The position numbers and the translations under genes were made by a program. Under the pieces are notes generated by a model. The model was not told the DNA's origin and searched no databases. It saw only the letters and a program-made list of their open reading frames with translations. This document shows, piece after piece, positions 58,590-64,000 of a DNA stretch of 64,000 bases (position 1 is its first letter; every line of letters starts with the position of its first letter). This stretch comes from a virus: positions 32,001 to 96,000 of the IMG/VR virus record IMGVR_UViG_3300009147_000001, one strand, 5' to 3'.

Positions 58590-59486
58590 ATGGCCATCAA
58601 ACGAGTCGATGACATTCTCATCATTCTCAACGCAAACCTGATGTGGGACAGTCGAGTCATGGATTTGCCCATTGAGGCAAGTATGGAAACAGCAATATGG
58701 CTAGATGCGCTATACACCAAGACCTTACTAGACAGTGACGCCAACCCAGACTTTTTGAATTCAGACCAATTAACCAAGAGTCAACAGCGTAAACTTAACT
58801 GGGTGACTCAAGCGCAAAGCTCGCACATTGGCCTCAATAGTGGCGAGGTGCGCGCCTGGTACGCGTGTTTGCGTACGTACAAACAACCACTTGTTAGTAC
58901 CGACAAAAGGCTCACCGAGACTGGCTTAGCGGTGGCTGAGCAGATTTATGACATTTTGAGCACAGCGCGGCAAAAGGATAAGGCCATTGTTGACCCTAAG
59001 CAGTGGACCCAAGCCGACCAAGCAATTCTTCGCGGCCGGCTCACCTGGCGTCAGGTGGGATTGCTGGCCATTATTTATGCCGCGCTCGATGAGGCCATTG
59101 CGCGCTACGATGCCGATACTCCCGCGTTGCCCACTCCCGAGCGCACCGCAGGAGCGGATTTGACTTTGGCGGTAACGACACGTATTCGCACCGAATCCCC
59201 GATGGCGTACTTATCCGGTGATATCAACAATTACGCCGAAACCGTGCATGCCATTGCTTATGTGCTAAATGCCAAGACCCCGGACAATCCAGACATTACC
59301 GCCTTTGTCCCGATGAGCAGCTTGGGGGGTAAAGGCAGAACGGACACGGCTGAGTTGGCGAAATTGGGCCTCATTGACATACGTACCGTGCACGATGGCT
59401 CCCGAGGCCGGCCCAAGGTTGGCATTTCGCCCACCCGGTGGGGCACGTTGTTGCTGCGTGAACTCACACTTCGGCACTTGATCTGA
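58590..59486 (+). CDS. unknown protein with possible C-terminal winged-helix
   Basis: 298 aa; ELAKLGLIDI...RGRPKV...TRWG resembles a wHTH wing. Confidence 0.7.
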   Translation: MAIKRVDDILIILNANLMWDSRVMDLPIEASMETAIWLDALYTKTLLDSDANPDFLNSDQLTKSQQRKLNWVTQAQSSHIGLNSGEVRAWYACLRTYKQPLVSTDKRLTETGLAVAEQIYDILSTARQKDKAIVDPKQWTQADQAILRGRLTWRQVGLLAIIYAALDEAIARYDADTPALPTPERTAGADLTLAVTTRIRTESPMAYLSGDINNYAETVHAIAYVLNAKTPDNPDITAFVPMSSLGGKGRTDTAELAKLGLIDIRTVHDGSRGRPKVGISPTRWGTLLLRELTLRHLI

Positions 59487-59628
59487 GCTATCCAACCCAG
59501 CACAGCAGAAAAAATCTTGAAAAATGCTGCACCAGTGGGACTAGCAGGCCCTACGGGTGTGTTATAGTAGGTGTACCGGCAACACCGCCGTACACCAAGG
59601 TTTCCAAACCGAAAGGGACACACCGACC

Positions 59629-60357
59629 ATGACTACCAGCACCGACCCGGGCGTGGACATCTTTGCCGAGTTGCCAACGATGGACTCGCCGGCAACCACG
59701 ACCACGACCGAAACCACCACGGACACGAACACTGACACGGACACGAACACTGACACTGACAACGCTGAGCAGGTAGAAATCGACAACCGCGTCATTCTTG
59801 ACGAGGCACCCGACGGTACCGTGTCCGTCACCGAGTTCGCTCAGCTCATGACCAGGGAGGCTTTCCTGGCCGTACATAACGCTGGCGGCGAGTTCACTGG
59901 CCGCGAGATGGTCTTGCCTCAGGACGTCTACCAGGCGGTTCGGGCCAAGAACAACCCGGTTCCGCATGTTTTGGTGGCAAATCCTGACTCGGACAAGGCA
60001 CCTCGTATTTACATTCTGCTCGACCAGGCTCGGTCGGTTTGGGCCGACCGGGTAGCCCGTAATGCCTCCCGGGGCACCGGAGTAACCACCACGTCCAAGC
60101 GTGACCTTGACGAGCTGCGTGAGCTGTTCCCGAAGGCACTGGCCAAGCGGTTCTACGCCACCGAGCGCGCGGAGCTGTGGGCGGCTCGACGCGATCAGGC
60201 GGTCGCGCTGACCGACAAGTACGTGACCTGGCTGGGCGAGCACGGCACCTCCGACGAGGATATCGAGGCCATTCGGGCGCAGGCCTGGACTGCCTACACG
60301 GCCGAGCGCGAGGCTACCGCAGCCAAGCGTAAGCGCACCACGGACTCATCCGAGTAA
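59629..60357 (+). CDS. hypothetical protein with Thr/Asp-repeat N-terminus
   Basis: GAAAGGGA RBS; GC3-rich codons; TGTTATAGT extended -10 near 59560. Confidence 0.75.
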   Translation: MTTSTDPGVDIFAELPTMDSPATTTTTETTTDTNTDTDTNTDTDNAEQVEIDNRVILDEAPDGTVSVTEFAQLMTREAFLAVHNAGGEFTGREMVLPQDVYQAVRAKNNPVPHVLVANPDSDKAPRIYILLDQARSVWADRVARNASRGTGVTTTSKRDLDELRELFPKALAKRFYATERAELWAARRDQAVALTDKYVTWLGEHGTSDEDIEAIRAQAWTAYTAEREATAAKRKRTTDSSE

Positions 60358-60742
60358 CAAGCCATTCCATGATGGTCTTTGGTGATAGCCAGTAGCAATA
60401 CTGGCTATTGCCATGGATAATCACCGAAGATTAAACAAAAAGGACGATAAACATTGGAAGTATAACTGTCGCTCTTAACAGTATAGCGGCAGCTTAGGTG
60501 GAGGTGTACAATACAGGCAAAGACCTCCTCCATACAACAAAAAGTATACTATGTATTAAGTCGGTGCAGCGTTTTACGCTACATCGGTCGGATGTGGGAC
60601 AAAAGGTATTCTAGAGTACTGACAAAACCCACACATCATATAAAACGGAATAAGTCATACGCGAGCCACGCGTTTCCCTGGCCAATCCACGAGGATAGAC
60701 AACAATTGTTGTCTATCCTCTTGTGGTATGAATAAAGGATAA

Positions 60743-61231
60743 ATGAAATCAATTCGAGAAAAGGATGCAAAAGTGACACATCAGAGTAACATTGATAGCC
60801 TAATCGAGTTCGTTCAACTCATGGACGACATGGAGGCATCCCTAGCCATCGTTCGTCCGTATGTCGAACAGTTCAGTACTCTCCAGAAGGACGGGTATAG
60901 CATGAGTTCGATGTATGCAAACATACAGCGAAACGTCACGTCTATGAGCGATACCGTGCACGGCGTGCTGCGGCGGGCGGTCCGGGATCAGGCTGCCCAG
61001 CAACGAGAGCACGAGGAGCTCGACTCTCATGATCAAATTGGTGGACATCGAGTGCTTATCGATGATGTATGGGGTGGCAACGACGACGAAGACAATGATG
61101 CCTATATGTACGGTAATGATCCCGAGGATTGTGTACCAGAGTCAGATGTTGTCGATGGTGATGACGAGGATGAACACGGCAATACACTATCCGTTCGTCA
61201 GCTCACCGAGGAAAATACCAAGGAAACATGA
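60743..61231 (+). CDS. acidic hypothetical protein
   Basis: AAGGA RBS. Confidence 0.65.
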   Translation: MKSIREKDAKVTHQSNIDSLIEFVQLMDDMEASLAIVRPYVEQFSTLQKDGYSMSSMYANIQRNVTSMSDTVHGVLRRAVRDQAAQQREHEELDSHDQIGGHRVLIDDVWGGNDDEDNDAYMYGNDPEDCVPESDVVDGDDEDEHGNTLSVRQLTEENTKET

Positions 61232-61449
61232 TGGCCCTTGATGAATACGTAAAAGAGGTCATTGTCGAGGTTTTGTGCGATCTGGCACTGGCTGATCATC
61301 TTAGTGATGTGCGTCATGCGGAGCGCGGGCTGTGGGACCTGCTGGGCATACGTCATCCAATCTATGATCACGATAGTGCCTGGCAGAATACTAAGGCCAC
61401 CCTGACTCGGGCAGGCATTGCCCTGCCCGACTATCTGTCCGAGGATTGA
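61228..61449 (+). CDS. hypothetical protein
   Basis: ATGA-coupled; hairpin at its stop. Confidence 0.65.
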   Translation: MMALDEYVKEVIVEVLCDLALADHLSDVRHAERGLWDLLGIRHPIYDHDSAWQNTKATLTRAGIALPDYLSED

Positions 61450-61520
61450 TAGTTTTTAGTGGTAGGCATTCGACGGAATGCCTATCGCCATGAATTATCA
61501 ACGAGCAAAAGGACACAATT

Positions 61521-61820
61521 ATGAGACTCAGTAGACCATGTTATGATAAGTACCATCGCTGCCCAGGTTGGGTCGGTGGTGGTGGTAAGTACGCCAAAAC
61601 AACCAGATGCAATAACGGCAGGATTATGGTAAACTACGATAACAATTGGTGGCGTTGGGCGGTTCACCGCTGCAATACCTGTGATGTTGTCGTATTCCCG
61701 TACTATGCACATTGGCTGGACCCCACCTGGTTGTGGTATGAGCTGAAGTGGTTTCTGCGCAATCCTTCAGATAGATTGTACAGCATGAAACTACGCATCA
61801 TGGGATGGTTTATCCGATGA
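61521..61820 (+). CDS. Cys/Trp-rich hypothetical protein
   Basis: AAAAGGACA leader; CYDKYHRCPGW. Confidence 0.68.
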   Translation: MRLSRPCYDKYHRCPGWVGGGGKYAKTTRCNNGRIMVNYDNNWWRWAVHRCNTCDVVVFPYYAHWLDPTWLWYELKWFLRNPSDRLYSMKLRIMGWFIR

Positions 61821-62128
61821 TAACCATAACACCAGGAGCAATTCGAGTCTCGACGGTCCGAACCATTCATGATCTCGATGAGGTCAAGGTCTGGGAAATA
61901 GACTTACACTCGAAATATGCCGAAGTGGTATTGTATAGTGGAAATGCCGTCGGCCTGGGTGCCAATGACCATACGCTCAATACAGATACTGATAGGGAAA
62001 ATTCGCTTACGTGGATTCAATTGCCGATACCTGACGATTGGACGCTCATTGCCATATGTTCCCGGTATACCTGTCGAGTTGCCGCTTGGTTGGAAAAAGA
62101 GGGAAAAATTAAGATAGAACTGGAGTAA
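61817..62128 (+). CDS. hypothetical protein
   Basis: ATGA-coupled. Confidence 0.6.
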   Translation: MITITPGAIRVSTVRTIHDLDEVKVWEIDLHSKYAEVVLYSGNAVGLGANDHTLNTDTDRENSLTWIQLPIPDDWTLIAICSRYTCRVAAWLEKEGKIKIELE

Positions 62129-62133
62129 GCTAA

Positions 62134-62370
62134 ATGCCAATTCTGAATAATAAATATGATCATGTCAAGGTCTATCGACCCAGTGGTACCAAGTATGCCG
62201 TTGGGGTAAGTAAGGATGTCGATGACCTGTACGTGGCAATTGGGTTCGCTAAGGAATCCTTTCTCGCCGAGTTCGGTCGGTACCCACAGATGAATAAAAC
62301 AGTCATTGAGATAATAATTACTGATAAGAGTATCATGGCACTCATCTACGAAATACCGTGGGATGAGTGA
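62134..62370 (+). CDS. hypothetical protein
   Basis: GGAG RBS. Confidence 0.6.
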   Translation: MPILNNKYDHVKVYRPSGTKYAVGVSKDVDDLYVAIGFAKESFLAEFGRYPQMNKTVIEIIITDKSIMALIYEIPWDE

Positions 62371-62796
62371 TGCTGCGCTATCTTAGTGTCATGGGTATTA
62401 TTCTGGCTACCGTGGGTGGCATCACCATTGTCATCAGTGTGGACCAATTCTGGCGTGGCTGTATCGTCTATGGTGTCGGCGCGCTGACGATGGTGGTCGT
62501 AGAATGGATGGATGATTAGCTGTGTTCTTCTCGATGTCCCAGACGGTAACTGACGGGAATTTACAATGGCAAAATAAACATTGCCCTGCGCTATGCAGGT
62601 CCCATAATGGATTATTTGCCATTCTCGTGGGTGTTCATGGACGGTACCTTCAGCAGAGACTGGATAATCAATAATGTTCATAGTTTATGTTCTCAGTCTC
62701 GGCCTAGTGCTCTGGCTGTGGGTGTTGACCGCCTTAGCCGCAGTGTTCCACATTCTGGCCCGAGCAATTCTTCACACCTGAAATGGACAACCAAAA

Positions 62797-63021
62797 ATGG
62801 ACACTTGGTATGAAGTCGAGCACTACCTCGAAGATTTCGGCGAGTGGTGGATCGACAATGATCCACAATTCAACCCCGCGCACCCACGCTGGCCCAGTGA
62901 GCAGTCGGCTATCCAGCGGGCAAATCAGATTTTCCGGATGCTTGGCCATAACACTAAGGTGATAAAGGTCGAGCAAAAGAGAACGACTGTTTACGACATC
63001 GTGCGTGATGGTTTTAAATGA
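62797..63021 (+). CDS. hypothetical protein
   Basis: GGACA leader; hairpin at its stop. Confidence 0.6.
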   Translation: MDTWYEVEHYLEDFGEWWIDNDPQFNPAHPRWPSEQSAIQRANQIFRMLGHNTKVIKVEQKRTTVYDIVRDGFK

Positions 63022-63088
63022 TAGTTTTTAGTGATGGACATTCAATCGAATGTCTATCGCTATGAATTATCAACGATGGGACTGCTAT

Positions 63089-63289
63089 ATGTGTGATAAG
63101 GATGTACTAGAATACCTAATAAGTCAAGCCGAGGAATATCAGGCTCGGGCGCATAAAGCGGAGTTGGCCTTAGCCAATCAGACGCATGAAGTAGAATTGG
63201 CCTTAGCCGTCCGGCCGTCGTTGTGGGAAATCTTTTTGTTGGGTACCCTTGTCGGATTCATGATTGCCATAGCAGTGTTGACATGGTAA
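63089..63289 (+). CDS. small protein with C-terminal TM segment
   Basis: Follows a hairpin; hydrophobic C-terminus. Confidence 0.5.
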   Translation: MCDKDVLEYLISQAEEYQARAHKAELALANQTHEVELALAVRPSLWEIFLLGTLVGFMIAIAVLTW

Positions 63290-63732
63290 CCTCACTAGGG
63301 TTTAGCGGCACTCGGGCAGACCTTACCTACCACCAAAAATTACACATTATCAATGAGTTGGAAAAAATTTATCGCCGATGGATACTTTATTCTAGTCCAT
63401 CCGAATTCCACCATGGTGATTGCGTCGGTGCTGATGATTATGCAGCAAAGATTGCGAGTACGTTAAACTTTGTCATCATTGCCCATCCATCACGTCTAGA
63501 AAACTACCGAGCCTACAGTACAATTAATGACCATGTTTATCTGCCAAAAGAGCCAATTGCGCGTAACCATGACATTGTTGATGCTTCCACTATTTTACTT
63601 GCTGCTCCCCATACCGCAACGGAACAGGTAAGATCGGGTACTTGGGCCACTATTCGGTACGCCCGACAGTTGGCCCGAGAGATTCACATTATAAACCCTG
63701 ATGGGTCGATAGTGAGGGAGAATGGGCGATGA
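63283..63732 (+). CDS. SLOG/DprA-like Rossmann-fold protein
   Basis: GFSGTR, HHGDCVGAD, RNHDIVD and SGTWATIRYA motifs. Confidence 0.8.
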   Translation: MVTSLGFSGTRADLTYHQKLHIINELEKIYRRWILYSSPSEFHHGDCVGADDYAAKIASTLNFVIIAHPSRLENYRAYSTINDHVYLPKEPIARNHDIVDASTILLAAPHTATEQVRSGTWATIRYARQLAREIHIINPDGSIVRENGR

Positions 63733-63923
63733 CCAACACCGTTGATTACGTGTTCGAGGATGTCGATGATCAGGGACGCCCCGCTATTGTCAGGTATACC
63801 GTGCCTGATGATGTAGTACCCACCACAACCGAGGAGATCGAGGCTGCCGCGATAGCGGTTGCCTGGCAGTCACTCGGTGAGTATGATAGATCGACGACCA
63901 GTGAACAGACAAAAGGGACATAA
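63729..63923 (+). CDS. hypothetical protein
   Basis: ATGA-coupled; GAGGGAG upstream. Confidence 0.5.
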   Translation: MTNTVDYVFEDVDDQGRPAIVRYTVPDDVVPTTTEEIEAAAIAVAWQSLGEYDRSTTSEQTKGT

Positions 63924-64000
63924 TGGTTGATAATATAGCACAAGGACTGTGTATCCTCGGATTAGTATTGATTGTCATCGGCGTTATCACAATGCGACGT

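Larger units (their letters stand above)
49365..63072 (+). repeat. family of about 15 intergenic 45-65 nt stem-internal loop-stem hairpins
   Basis: Examples at 49365, 49742, 50043, 50896, 51211, 51958, 52203, 52762, 54093, 54508, 55695, 56154, 60370, 61446 and 63019; most start at a stop codon and end before an RBS; no U-tract. Confidence 0.88.

Noticed and set aside
46261-63072. CRISPR array or classical integron attC array
   Set aside because: Repeats are not identical direct repeats and the intervening units are whole genes. There is no consistent RYYYAAC...GTTRRRY core, and no integrase or cas operon in the window; the Cas4-like gene is a stand-alone phage nuclease.
49365-63072. Hairpins as ordinary intrinsic terminators
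   Set aside because: No U-tracts, conserved internal loops, and placement directly before the RBS of co-oriented genes. Not fully excluded, since actinobacterial terminators can lack U-runs.

Overview
About 64 kb of a tailed, siphovirus-like phage genome. The host is probably actinobacterial, inferred from the r1t-type holin, DUF2637 and RNase AS-like genes and the TTGACA-N17-TAGGCT promoters. No integrase, tRNA or CRISPR array is visible. There are three blocks. (1) 1-13.3 kb, + strand: replication and recombination genes (Cas4-like nuclease and AAA_24 ATPase, each with an intein; DUF669 SSB; primase-helicase; UDG-fused PolA; nucleotidyltransferase; holin; RuvC-like protein; RNase AS-like exonuclease). 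(2) 13.3-45.5 kb, - strand: virion morphogenesis operon with a Mu-like portal and protease, a TerL carrying two inteins and a frame break, a portal intein, a -1 frameshifted tail chaperone, an endolysin inside the tail genes and a free-standing LAGLIDADG gene that duplicated its host gene's 3' end. (3) 46-64 kb, + strand: small-gene accessory or early region. The most striking feature is in block 3. Six small genes are each enclosed by their own 26-35 bp inverted-repeat pair and packed almost back to back. They are followed by about 15 intergenic hairpins with the same stem-mismatch-stem design, G-U-biased pairing and an AAACGGACA start-associated motif. This is a candidate RNA-processing or gene-cassette system. 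All family assignments come from motif recognition only; no searches were run.
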